Positions 10,491 through 20,000 of a stretch of 20,000 nucleotides of DNA are shown here, one piece after another. The translations under genes were made by a program, and so were the position numbers. The notes under the pieces were generated by a model that did no database searches, was not told where the DNA came from, and saw only the letters and a list, made by a program, of their open reading frames with translations. This DNA is from Chiloscyllium plagiosum. Taxonomy: Eukaryota. The stretch spans positions 38,189,602-38,209,601 of the forward strand of contig NC_057718.1 in the NCBI RefSeq assembly GCF_004010195.1, read 5' to 3'. Positions within the stretch are counted from its first letter, which is position 1. Each line of letters begins with the position of its first letter.

Positions 10491-10765
10491 GAGCACATAT
10501 TCCAGGCCAGAACGTGAGTGATGTGTCATAATTGAAAACACTGCAATTCAGTTGAGATCTTAAACCAAGGCCGCTCTGCTTCCTCAGGTGGATATACAAG
10601 ATTCCATGGATGTTATTAGTTGTAGAGGATGTCCTGGTCAACATATGTGTCTCTGCTCACGTGATGAAAACAGACAATCTTGTTCATTGCTGTTTGAAAT
10701 GCCTTTCCGTATGTTTTAAAAAAAAGTTTGCTCTGAAGTTATTTGTCCACATGACATTACAGTAT
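10491..10765 (+). mobile_element. DeuSINE (SacSINE1/AmnSINE1-related) Deu-domain relic
   Basis: TGAGATCTTAAACCAAGGCCGCTCTGCTTCCTCAGGTGGATATACAAGATTCCATGG...TGTCCTGGTCAACATAT...AAAACAGA...TCATTGCTGTTTG follows the Deu-domain consensus as I recall it (TAAACCGAGG..CTCAGGTGGACGTAAAAGATCCCATGG..TGTCCTGGCCAATATTT). Confidence 0.7.
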
Positions 10766-10840
10766 CCTAATGTGCAATAACACATTCCTTATGACCAAAT
10801 TAAATTTGTCTTCACAATCTGATTCCATTCTACTTTTAAA

Positions 10841-10915
10841 AACAGACTCGCATTGATGTAGTACCTTCACATGACCATCATACATTCCAATGCACTTTAC
10901 AGTGTTTGAAGTATA
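10841..10915 (-). mobile_element. L2/DeuSINE-type 3' tail fragment
   Basis: Minus strand reads CTGTAAAGTGCATTGGAATG..TGGTCATGTGAAGGTACTACATCAATGCGAGTCTG, similar to the TGTAAAGCGCTTTG...AAAGGCGCTATATAAATGCAAGTC tail. Confidence 0.55.
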
Positions 10916-12534
10916 ATTTTAATTGTTTTTTCAGAAATGTTTTAGTGGGACTCCATGTTCACAATTTCCAAATAACCTAAAAGCCAAAGAAACCCCAGAT
11001 AGAGCCTATTTTGATGTATTGATTTGGATACAAGAGGCAATTGAATATGACTTGCATGAAATAGATGTTAAGTTCCATGTTCATTAGTGCACCTAGACAA
11101 GATGAGATACAACAGTAACGAGGGCAGAATGCACTTGATTTCCAGGAGGTTTTTAAATAAATAGGTAATAATTATCTCAGATTTCATTGACCAATATTAA
11201 AATTTATTACACGCTGGATAGAGGGTGAGTTGCAAAATAATGTTCGAGAAACAGTAGATATTTCAAATTATCTTACATATATTATATATAAGTGCTTGAT
11301 ACCAGGTCTTTGGGTCAATCCTTCAAGCCATCTTTGTTACATTGCTGGGAGATGATCTGAACTAGAAAAGCAGGAATGTTCTCCAATGACATCAAAGTTT
11401 CAGGTCCAATATATGATATTCTTGTTGCATTACACCCATAGTTTGCAATATACTGAATATTGACCAGCTACTAGCAAGCACTGTGTGGTTAGATTTATCT
11501 GTCTGCACCTTAGAGGACAATGGATTGTGACTTTGTGAACCTTTTTAATTTCTTGACATGTGCCAGCATCAATACACAGGCATGTATTGAAACCTGTGGT
11601 CATCAAAAATCTCCTTTGCTCATTGTTCCCTTTCCACATTTGTAGTTTGTGTGTTCTTTCTTTGTCTTTGTACATTAATTACCTCGTGTGAGAATCATTT
11701 TAACTTGATAATTGTTGAAAATCCCATGTCAGCATTGTCAATTTATTTGGTGAACCAAGCTAATCGACCATTTTGAAATAAGTGGAAGACTAAAATAAAA
11801 GTGTCTGCCATTAGCTTTTAGTTAATTTGATAAGAAACACTGTGTACGGTTGTTAGTTTCTGCTGTAGGTCTTAGTGTGACTGAAGAGGTTGAATCTTGA
11901 CCTGAAGTACTTGAGCATAATGGGCAGGATGTCTCAAAAAGAAGTGGGAATAAGAGTGTTGGATTTGCTTCCTTGTCTTTCCTCGTGTTCCAAAGCTCTG
12001 CTTCATCTTTCAGGTGTTTGGACTCGATGCATGGTGCAGCTTGATCGACAGCATGCCACCATTTTGTAGCAGCCTCTTCTTGGTTATTGTTAATGCTGTT
12101 GAAGCAAAAGGAGAATTTAAGTGTCTTTGTAGTGTTTCATATCCCTCCTTGGAACACTGGCCATTTAAAAATTACAATAACAAGATTGGGAGAGGCAGAC
12201 ACTTTTGAGCCACCTGAGTGCATTGTCCAGTCTATTGTGGCTGGTTTTGCAGGAACTTTGTCCGAATGCAAGCTACAGTGGGCAAAATACAGATGCATAA
12301 TAATTATAATGAGGCAGCTTAATATTCGAGTGACGTGATGTCTAATTCTGGTCACCACATTACGAAAAGCGCAGGGCCTGAATTTTCTGGAAACATTCTG
12401 CACGGTAATGGCACACTGACCCATGAACGCCATTACTATAATGCAAAAATGGCAAGAAACTGGGGTATGCATTAGTGATGCTGTTCTGTTCGTTGTCAAA
12501 ATTTGCTGAACCTACAGCGCTGGTCTCCAAAGCG

Positions 12535-12660
12535 TAAAACATGGACTGTAGCAGTTCAAGAAGGCAGCTCTCACCATCTTCTCAAGGACATCTAGGTATG
12601 TGCAATAAATACTGGCCCAGCCAGCGCCACTCACAACCTATGAGTGAATAACAAAAAAAA
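12535..12660 (+). mobile_element. 3' end of the second CR1/L2-group LINE family with A tail
   Basis: GGACTGTAGCAGTTCAAGAAGGCAGCTC..CCATCTTCTCAAGG...GCAATAAATACTGGCCCAGCCAGCG..CACAACCTATGAGTGAATAA followed by an A-run. Confidence 0.7.
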
Positions 12661-12689
12661 ATGACAAAGTGAGACATGACTTAACCAAC

Positions 12690-14240
12690 ACTGAACAATC
12701 CTCCTTATTAACATGTGGAAGCTTTCCAACACTGGGAGAGGTGTCCCACAGACTAATTGTGCAACAGCTGGTTGGTCATACTCAAAGAATCATAGCTTTT
12801 AGTGAACAGCCCAGATTCCTCCATCACCACTCCAAAGGTGATGTTGCAATAATATGCACTTGTCACAGAGCAGTCCGGAATCCTTCAACATTGACTCCAG
12901 ACCCCATTAAGTCTCATGGTATTCACTCCAACAAGGAAAATTTTGCTTATTACCACTGCCCTCCTTCAATTTATGTCACCGTACTCCATGTTGAACACCA
13001 CATGGAGAAAGATTGAGGGTACAAAAGGCACAAGAAATAATTTCAAGTGGGGACTTTGCTTTATTCATGGGATTTGGACGTTTCTGACAAGGCCAGAACT
13101 TAGTTCACATCCCTAATTTTGCTGCTAATATGCTATTAGGAAGAGAGTTCCAGGATTTTGGCCCACCAACAATAAATAATTTTCTACTGATATATATATT
13201 TCTACATCAGAATGATGCATGCCTCGGAGGGAAATGGTGGTGGACTTCATCAAGAACACCTTGGTAGCACTACCACTGACCTCACTGCCTGAAATCTGAA
13301 GGACATCGTCCTATGGCAGATAAGAAGACAGGAGAAAAACTGACTTGACCTCAACCTCCTCAGCCTACCTGTCATGGATGAACTGTCCATGACAACAATG
13401 ATAAGAATGATGACCACCAAATCATTGTGAAGTCCTGTTTTAGAGTGAGGATGCCTTCCTTTTGAGTTACGTGGCACACCACTGCAAACTGATTTGCTAA
13501 GTCTGTTCTGAATCTGTCAAAATTGGGCATCCAGAAGATGCAGTGTGCCATAGTAGCAGAATTATATGCAGCTACAATCTGTAATCTCATGACCTCATAA
13601 AACCTTAAATTTACCGTTACCATCAAGCCAAATGTGACTTGGTTCAATGAATAGCACAGTAGAGCATCCCAAGAGCATCACTAGGCAGACGCAAAAATCT
13701 GTAATCAGCCTGGTGAAGCTGAGCGAGGACGAGATGCTAAATGCCAAGAAGCAGCTTATTACAGTTGTACTAACTGATCCAAAAACCATTTTAAAAAACT
13801 AACAGGAGGAGGAAGCTTCACAAATATCCCCTTCCTCAATGACAGAAGAGTCCAGTATATTAGTGCAAAAGATATAGCTGAAACATCTGTATCCATTTTC
13901 AACCAGAAATGCCATATGGATAATCTTGATCTTGTACTCGCAGTAACGATGCCAGTCTTCAACAAATTTGATTTACTCCACAGCATGTCAAGATGTGGCT
14001 GAAGACTCTGGATACTACAAAGGCTATTAAACCTGACAACAACTAGCTGTGTCCCTAGTCATGCTGTTCCAGTGCAGGCATGACACTGGCATCTATACAA
14101 TATGGAAAATTACGAAGGCCTACACACAAACTCAAAGGCGACGTAAATTCAACCTGGCCAGTTATTGCTAAATCAATCTTTTCTTTATTATCAGCCAAAT
14201 GGTGGAAGGGTGAGTCAATGCTGCTACCAAGTGGTACTGG
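12690..14240 (+). mobile_element. Old LINE (second CR1/L2-group family): APE domain to start of RT, heavily decayed
   Basis: Residual motifs in order: GGGGACTTT (GDF, ~13049), CTTGACCTC (LDL, ~13344), GATGACCAC (xDH, ~13409), TGGTTCAATGAA (WFNE, ~13640), TGGAAAATT (WK, ~14103) and AACCTGGCCAGTTAT (N.A.Y, ~14151). Confidence 0.72.
13057..13241 (-). mobile_element. Inverted 3'-end fragment of the same LINE family nested in the APE region
   Basis: TTATTCATGGGATTTGGACGTTTCTGACAAGGCCAGAACTTAGTTCACATCCCTAATT is approximately the reverse complement of the tail at 12590-12652. Flanked by GGACTT at 13051-13056 and 13242-13247. Confidence 0.6.
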
Positions 14241-14264
14241 CAAAAAACCTCCCCATGTCGCACA

Positions 14265-14365
14265 TTCCCCCCACGGCAGTCGCTGCCTTCCCCTTACCCC
14301 TCCCCTTTGCCCCACTTCCCCTTCCACCCCTCTACTCCCTCCACTTCTGTCGCCCCTCTCTCTTT
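14265..14365. repeat. C/T-rich low-complexity tract
   Basis: CCTTCCCCTTACCCCTCCCCTTTGCCCCACTTCCCCTTCCACCCCTC...; multiple C4 runs. Confidence 0.8.
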
Positions 14366-14528
14366 GCAGATACAGTTTGAACATTTTAAAAGACAATTGG
14401 ATAAGTTCATAAATAGAAATGGTTTGGAGGGTTGTGGGCCAAGCACAGGCAGATGGGACTTGTTTAATTTGGGAACATGGTTGACTTGGACCAAAAGGTT
14501 TGTTTCCAGGCTGTATGGCTCTGCCTAT
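14366..14528 (+). mobile_element. CR1/HER1-type LINE 3' end
   Basis: FKRQLDKFINRNGLEGCG (CR1 ORF2 C-terminus), then TTGGACCAAAAGGTTTGTTTCCAGGCTGTATGGCTCT tail. Confidence 0.8.
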
Positions 14529-15759
14529 AAATAACTAGCCCCAAACCCTATTGTATCAGTGGTGATTTTACTGAATCATCACTGGAAATGTCCACAGCTG
14601 ACTACACCATTACAGCCTAATGCTAGGGGTCTCAAAATTAAAGTTTGCAGTTATTCAAGAAGTTACCAGCGAGTCAATTATTAATTGGTTTGTTTTACCA
14701 AGTTTGCTTCTGAATCCTCAAGTAGTAAATTAATTTTCTGAAGCAAAACCTTTTCTCATAACCTGACTGATTTCTATTTCAAAATATATGATTTATTAAA
14801 CCCTGTCACTAAGCATGATTTGCAACTTGGAATGATGTCGAGTTAAAGGTCACACAAAGTTCTGGAGACAGCCCCTTCCATATGACACTCTTGTTGACAC
14901 TGATTTATGTGTTGGATATGGGTTTTCAGCATCAATGTAATTATCAAATTAAACCAGCTGAACACATTATGAGTGATCTCCACATTACTGATCAGAGACA
15001 TTGCTCTGAAGTGTATCTCTGTTCAACAAGGTGGTCCATTCTGGACGTGTATGAAAGTTTGGCCACAGTGCTCCTAGTCAGACTCAGTGCATATCTGGGC
15101 GTTTCTTAGTAGTGTTTGATCAAATTGTGACATGTACTATACATTGTAGGGTTGGGGAGTAAAATGTTTTTACATGGTGTTTGACTCTGGGCCAATGCCT
15201 CTTGAATTGTATTCTAATGTCTTGGCTCGAATATCTGTATTTTCTCAGCTTAATTCTCTGGTTCACTGCAGTGACAGTACCTAAACACTTGGCATTAGCA
15301 GGCAGCAGGAAAAAGATGAATTCATGTGCAAAAGTGAATGCCCTTGGGGAGGGAAGTTAAATTTGATATTTTGTCTTCTGGTGAAAATATGTCTTCAAGT
15401 TTACAGGCACATTGGGTGCTCAGGAGGACATCGATGTTACTGTGTTTTGAGCTGGAACAATAAATATTGTAGCTAGACCATTAAAATCTTTTCCCTGTTT
15501 ACTGTGATGGTTGTATTTGCAATTTGTATTATATCATCTACTTACATTGCTTGCCAATTTAATGTTGATTTTGATTCTCATCTTGAAGTTACATAATGAT
15601 CTCTCATAATTAATTCACAACACATGTCGAATAGATTGATATAATATCTTTGTTTAGTTTATTCATTAAGTGATGCTGAACCCCATTTGGTAATATTTAC
15701 AGTGAACAACTTAGCTTCCGATCCATTAATTAATTCTAGCCCCACATGGTTTATCTATA

Positions 15760-16500
15760 ATTTTTGTTTAGCTTTTCATGAAGCATTGAGTATAAATCTG
15801 GAAAAGCAGTGTCCCAAACATCTTCCCTGGCATACACTCAGCAAGAATCTTGGTCTTGTTCAACAAAAACCCATTGCCGCCACTGTATTTTCTGTCAATC
15901 AACCAATTGTGTCTATGGTGACACCATCCCTTTTTTATTCCATAGGCTTTTACTTGACTCACTGACAAACATATCATATCGTACCTTTTTCCCAAGTCTC
16001 TGTGCAACACGTCAACCACATGACCTTAGTCAACCCTGTTTCCTCATCCAAAATCATTAATCAAGTTTTCTTTTAAAATATGGTTTGCCCTTATCTAATC
16101 TGTCTTTATTTTCCCAACTCTATCAAGATTTATCCAAATATTGTCAGTTTTGTCCTGGATGGTGAAACTGGCTGGATTTACCTATACTTCCTTATCTATA
16201 TTTGACAAGGCTGTTACATGTGGTATTCTCCAGTCCTCTAGAAATAAACCATACATCTGAGGAGGATTTCAAGATTATAGCTGTGTCTGCACACTTTGTA
16301 CCCTTAACCTTCCTTGGTATTCTTGGATACATCTCACCTGGCCCTGGTTACTTATGCAGCTGCACTTAAAGCTGGTATCTAATTTCCTTTTGTTAATTTT
16401 CAACCATTTCTGTCTCTGTCTTCCTTCACTTTATTTTAGAAGCATCATCGCCTTTGTAAAGACTGATGTGAAGTACTCTTATCTGTTCATGCATGCCTAA
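15760..16500 (-). mobile_element. Old CR1 ORF2 fragment (linker to RT)
   Basis: Collinear with the CR1 at 1290-2050. TCTTGGATACATCTCACCTGGCCCTGGT resembles 1878-1905, GACAAGGCTGTTACATG..TTCTCCAGTCCTCT resembles 1760-1800, and AAAAGCAGTGTCCCAAACATCTTCCCTGG resembles the QGSVLG region. Confidence 0.7.
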
Positions 16501-16634
16501 ATTTACCTCCAGCACTCATTCTCTGCTCAGGTATACTCCTCCTCTGTAGGATTTATCGCCCAAAAAAGACTTCTGATTTCCTCCTAGTTTTTTTTTTGTT
16601 TGATTGTTATTCTTCCTATTTTTCAGTGTTGTTT

Positions 16635-16940
16635 TCAAGCGGACTAAAGTTGGTGGAATGGGTGGACAAGTGTCAAGAAATTTAATACACAGAAGTATGA
16701 AGTGATTGATTTTGGTATGAAGAACAAACAAGTGACATAAAATCAAGGGCACAGTTTGAAGGAAGGAGGGGTGATGTGGGTGTGCACGTGACTGGAGGTC
16801 CTGGATGTTTGTATACAAATCGCAAAGTGACAGGGCAGATTAAGAAAGCAGTTTTAAAGAAAGGCATATAAGATCTTGGGTTTTATAAATAGGGCCATAA
16901 AATACAAAGGGCAGGATTTCATGCTGAATTTGTACTGAAG
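16635..16940 (+). mobile_element. Old CR1 post-RT fragment
   Basis: AAATTTAATACACAGAAGTATGAAGTGATTGATTTTGGT (KFN..K.EVI.FG) and ATCTTGGGTTTTATAAATAGGGCCATA (ILGFINRAI). Confidence 0.75.
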
Positions 16941-16982
16941 GCGCAAAAGATTTGGTCTCAAGTAGAGTTATGGTCATTGGTG

Positions 16983-17080
16983 ACAAAAACCAGAAATTGC
17001 TGGAAAATCTCAGGTTTGGTAGCATCCATGGAGAGAAATCAGAGTTAACGTTTCGGGGCCAGTGACTCCTCTTCAGAGCT
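16983..17080 (-). mobile_element. Short Penelope-like repeat, third copy (related subfamily)
   Basis: Minus strand: AGCTCTGAAGAGGAGTCACTGGCCCCGAAACGTTAACTCTGATTTCTCTCCATGGATGCTACCAAACCTGAGATTTTCCAGCAATTTCTGG. Shares the GGATGCT.CC..ACCTG and TTTTCCAGCAA blocks with 4882-5007. Confidence 0.72.
17043..17080 (-). ncRNA. Minimal type-I hammerhead ribozyme motif, intact core boxes, decayed stems
   Basis: CTGAAGA (17076-17070), G-GAGTC/ACTG/GCCCC (3 of 5 pairs), GAAA (17054-17051), CGTT^AACT. Stem I AGCT/AACT has 3 of 4 pairs. Confidence 0.6.
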
Positions 17081-17089
17081 TATGAGGTG

Positions 17090-17860
17090 AGTCAGTATGA
17101 TATGGACAAGTTGAGTGAGTGGTCAAGTACAATGCACATGAAATATAATGTTGTAAATATAAGGTTATCCACTTTGGGATAGTGGATAGCGATATATTTA
17201 AGACAGATTATTATGAGAGGGAAACGAGAAGTTGCAACAAGATCTGGATGTCCTTGTACTCCAGTCATTGCCTACTGCACCTGCATGCTTATTTCCATTG
17301 AATAAGTTGAGTGGTATGTCAGCTTTCATGGAGGGCTTAAGTACAGGAGCAAGGATGTTTTTTTAGGACCTTTGCTGAGAGCACGTGCAGTTCTTGTGTC
17401 CTGAACAAAGGAAGGATGTTATGGCTTTGGAGGCAGTGTGATAAAGATTTGCCAAATTGCTTGCTGAGATGACAAGACTAACTTCTGAAGATGCACTGGA
17501 TCAGTTAGGATGATATTCTGAGCTATCTGCACCATAAGGGATCAGAGTTTATAGAAGGAACCAGTTGCATTGGTGGAAGGGCCAAGAGCAAGGAACTGGA
17601 AAAAGGAGGCGGCAGCAGCACAAGAAACAACGTTCTTGGGTAACACATGGTTAGGATTTGAAATGCTCTGCCTGAGTGATGGAGGTAGAGTACATCACGG
17701 TCTTCAAGAATAATTATCTGAAGTGAATACATTTGCAGAACTACAAGAAACAGCAATGGTGTTGGACAAGGTGAGTTGCTCTTCCTGGATCTGGCGTGCC
17801 AGTGTGGACAAACTGGACTGAATGGCAGGCTCCTTTGCCATAGGAGCTTTGTGGTCCAAA
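17090..17860 (+). mobile_element. Old CR1 post-RT region and 3' end (possibly two fragments)
   Basis: GATATGGACAAGTTGAGTGAGTGG (DMDKLSEW), GTTATCCACTTTGG (VIHFG), GATCTGGATGTCCTTGTA (DLDVLV), GTTAGGATTTGAAATGCTCTGCCT (VRI*NALP) and a GGACTGAATGGC tail. Confidence 0.72.
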
Positions 17861-18009
17861 TTTGGGATTTGTATAGGTACAATATTAATTTTTATTCTTG
17901 CTTCAAACATAATTTTCAAATCACGTGCAGTTTTTGTACACTTTGAGTTTGGAAGGCATGTTCAGAATAAAATTGACAGATAATGACAAACTGGAGCAAG
18001 TACTTGCTT

Positions 18010-18975
18010 CAGTAGGAAGAATAAAAAGCAGAGTATTATGTAAACCAAATTGAGAGATGAGGCTACAAGGTGTTCTAGTGCATGAGTCATACAAAGTAAG
18101 TGTGCAGGTGAAACAACTGATTGATTTAAGAATGCTAATGGGTACTATCCTTGATCAAGCATGAAAGTATGAATGTTACCGGAATTCTGTGAACAGTTTT
18201 GGTTCCCTAACCTAAAGAAAGAAATACTGGGATTGCGGGCATTTCAGAGAGGGTTCACCAGCCTGTTTGCAAATATAGATGGACTGTCCTTTGAGGAAAG
18301 GTTGAGTACGTTGGGCCTACACTTAACGGAATGTAGGAGAATGAGATGAGACTTTATTGAAACATACAAGATTCTTAAGGGATAGGTGCAGAAAGGTTGT
18401 TTCCCCTGCAGGAGAATCTAGAATCAGAGGGCATGGTCTCAGAACAAAGGGTTGTAAATTTGAGACAGTGTTGAGTATATTTCTTTTTCCCTCTTTTTAA
18501 TCTGTTGGATTCTTTATTGCAGCATACTGTTGGTTTTTTTAGATTACTTACAGTGTGGAAACAGGCCCTTTGGCCCAACAAGTCCACACCGACCATCCGA
18601 AGAGCAACCCACCCAGACCCATTCCCCTACATTTACCCCTTCACCTAACACTACGAGCAATTTAGCATGGCCAATTCACCTGACCTGCACATCTTTGGAC
18701 TGTGGGAGGAAACCAGAGTAAGCCCACGCAGACACAGGGAGAATGTGCAAACTCCATGCAGACAGTTGCCTGAGGCGGGAATTGAACCCAGGTCTCTGGC
18801 GCTGTGAGACAGCAGTGCTAACCACTGTGCCACCGTGCCAGCCATGCTGGGTCATTGAGTCTATGCAAGGCTGAAATAGACATATTTTGAATTGGTAATG
18901 GAATCAAGGTTCATATGGATAATTAAGAAAGATGGAGTAGAATGGGATCAGATCATCCATGATTTAATGCAATTG
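18010..18975 (+). mobile_element. Old CR1 3' region, interrupted by the HE1 SINE at 18534-18843
   Basis: EFCEQFWFPNLKKEI, QRGFTSL, FEERLSTLGL, DFIETYKILKG and ESRIRGH; the sequence resumes after the SINE with GCTGGGTCATTGAGT..AAGGCTGAAATAGAC (KAEID). Confidence 0.82.
18534..18843 (-). mobile_element. HE1-type V-SINE, near full length
   Basis: Minus strand: A box TGGCACAGTGG, B box GGTTCAATTCC, V-domain, and a CR1-derived tail GGGCCAAAGGGCCTGTTTCCACACTGTAAGTAATCT followed by A7. Confidence 0.93.
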
Positions 18976-18984
18976 CCGTATCTC

Positions 18985-19131
18985 GAGTACTATGGACGCA
19001 CTTTGGTCTCCTTATTTAAAGAAATGAGATGGACTCAGTTCAGGGGACTTTTACTAGATTGATACCTGGAATTGAGTGAGTTGACTTATGAGGAAAACTT
19101 AGACAGTCTGGGCTCGTTTCCTCTGGTATTT
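18985..19131 (+). mobile_element. Old CR1 post-RT fragment
   Basis: TTTGGTCTCCTTATTTAAAG (WSPYLK) and TTTACTAGATTGATACCTGGA..TATGAGGAAAACTTAGACAGTCTGGGC (FTRLIPG..YEENLDSLG). Confidence 0.75.
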
Positions 19132-19318
19132 ACATAGAAGAATACAGCGCAGTACAGGCCCTTTGGCCCTCGATGTTGCGCCGATTACTAGATTGATACC
19201 TGGAATTGAGTGAGTTGACTTATGAGGAAAACTTAGACAGTCTGGGCTCGTTTCCTCTGGTATTTACATAGAAGAATACAGCGCAGTACAGGCCCTTTGG
19301 CCCTCGATGTTGCGCCGA
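19051..19318. repeat. Perfect tandem duplication, 2 x 134 bp
   Basis: 19051-19184 is identical by eye to 19185-19318 (TTACTAGATTGATACC...GATGTTGCGCCGA). Confidence 0.97.
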
Positions 19319-20000
19319 TCCAAGCCCACCTAACCTATACTAACCCACTATCCTCCATATACCTATCCAATGCCCGCTTAAATGCCCATAAAGAGGGAGA
19401 GTCCACCACTGCTACTGGCAAGGCATTCCATGAACTGACGACTCGCTGAGTGAAGAACCTACCCCAACTTCAGTCCTATATCTACCCCCCCCACCTTAAT
19501 TTATAGCTATGCCCTCTTGTAATACCCGACTCCATACGCGGAAAAAGGTTCACACTGTCAACCCTATCTAACCCCCTAATCATCTTGTACACCTCAATCA
19601 AGTCACCCCTAAACCTTCCTTTCTCTAATGAAAACAGCCCCAAGTGTCTCAGTCTTTCCTCATACGATCTTCCTTCCATACCAGGCAACATCCTGGTAAA
19701 CCTCCTCTGCACCCGTTCCAGTGCCTCCAAATCCTTCCTATAGTATGGCGACCAAAACTGCACACAATATTCCAGATGCGGCCGCACCAGAGTCTTATAC
19801 AACTGCATCATGACCTCAGGACTCCGGAACTCAATTCCTCTACCAATAAAAGCCAGTACGCCATATGCCTTCCTCACCGCACTATTTACCTGGGTGGCAA
19901 CTTTCAGAGATCTGTGTACATGGACACCAAGATCCCTCTGCTCATCCACACTACCAAGTATCCGACCATTAGCCCAGTACCCCATCGTTTTGTTATTCTT
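19266..20000 (-). mobile_element. Young CR1 LINE 3' end, continues beyond the window
   Basis: Long uninterrupted ORF2 C-terminal frame, many retained CpGs, and a 3' tail GAGGGCCAAAGGGCCTGTACTGCGCTGTATTCTTCTATGT. Confidence 0.95.
19335..20000 (-). pseudogene. CR1 ORF2 C-terminal region; open from the window edge to 19482, locally disrupted, natural stop at 19335-19337
   Basis: [63 protein letters not shown], resuming in the same frame with GRFFTQRVVSSWNALP..FKRALDRYM. Confidence 0.88.

Noticed and set aside
12014..12499. Overlapping short ORFs (64-120 aa)
   Set aside because: No recognisable domain or convincing splice structure; consistent with random ORFs.
16964..17084. TSD around the third Penelope-like copy (AGAGTTATG / AGAGCTTATG)
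   Set aside because: The match is imperfect, overlaps the element's stem I and is offset ~10 bp from the apparent end, so it is not reliable.
19051..19318. CRISPR-like or satellite array
   Set aside because: Only two contiguous identical units with no spacers, in a vertebrate retroelement context.

Overview
Eukaryotic, repeat-dense, apparently non-coding DNA, most likely from a cartilaginous fish (shark). This is inferred from HE1-type V-SINEs, their CR1/HER1-type partner LINEs, a Deu-domain SINE relic and a shark-type short Penelope-like repeat. No host protein-coding exon could be supported; the recognisable ORFs are retroelement debris. The window holds a ~3.65 kb CR1 LINE (SGNH-esterase ORF1 plus APE-RT ORF2, both disrupted) inserted in the middle of a SINE, fragments of L2, Rex1/Babar and a second CR1/L2-group LINE family, a young CR1 3' end running off the window, and a perfect 134-bp tandem duplication. 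The most interesting signal is three copies of a ~100-150 bp Penelope-type terminal-repeat element. Two carry a minimal hammerhead-ribozyme motif, and two are flanked by 10-15 bp target-site duplications. The copy without the motif starts exactly at the predicted ribozyme cleavage site and folds back as a 46-bp inverted repeat. Family names come from recalled consensus similarity, not from a database search, and boundaries of old fragments are approximate.
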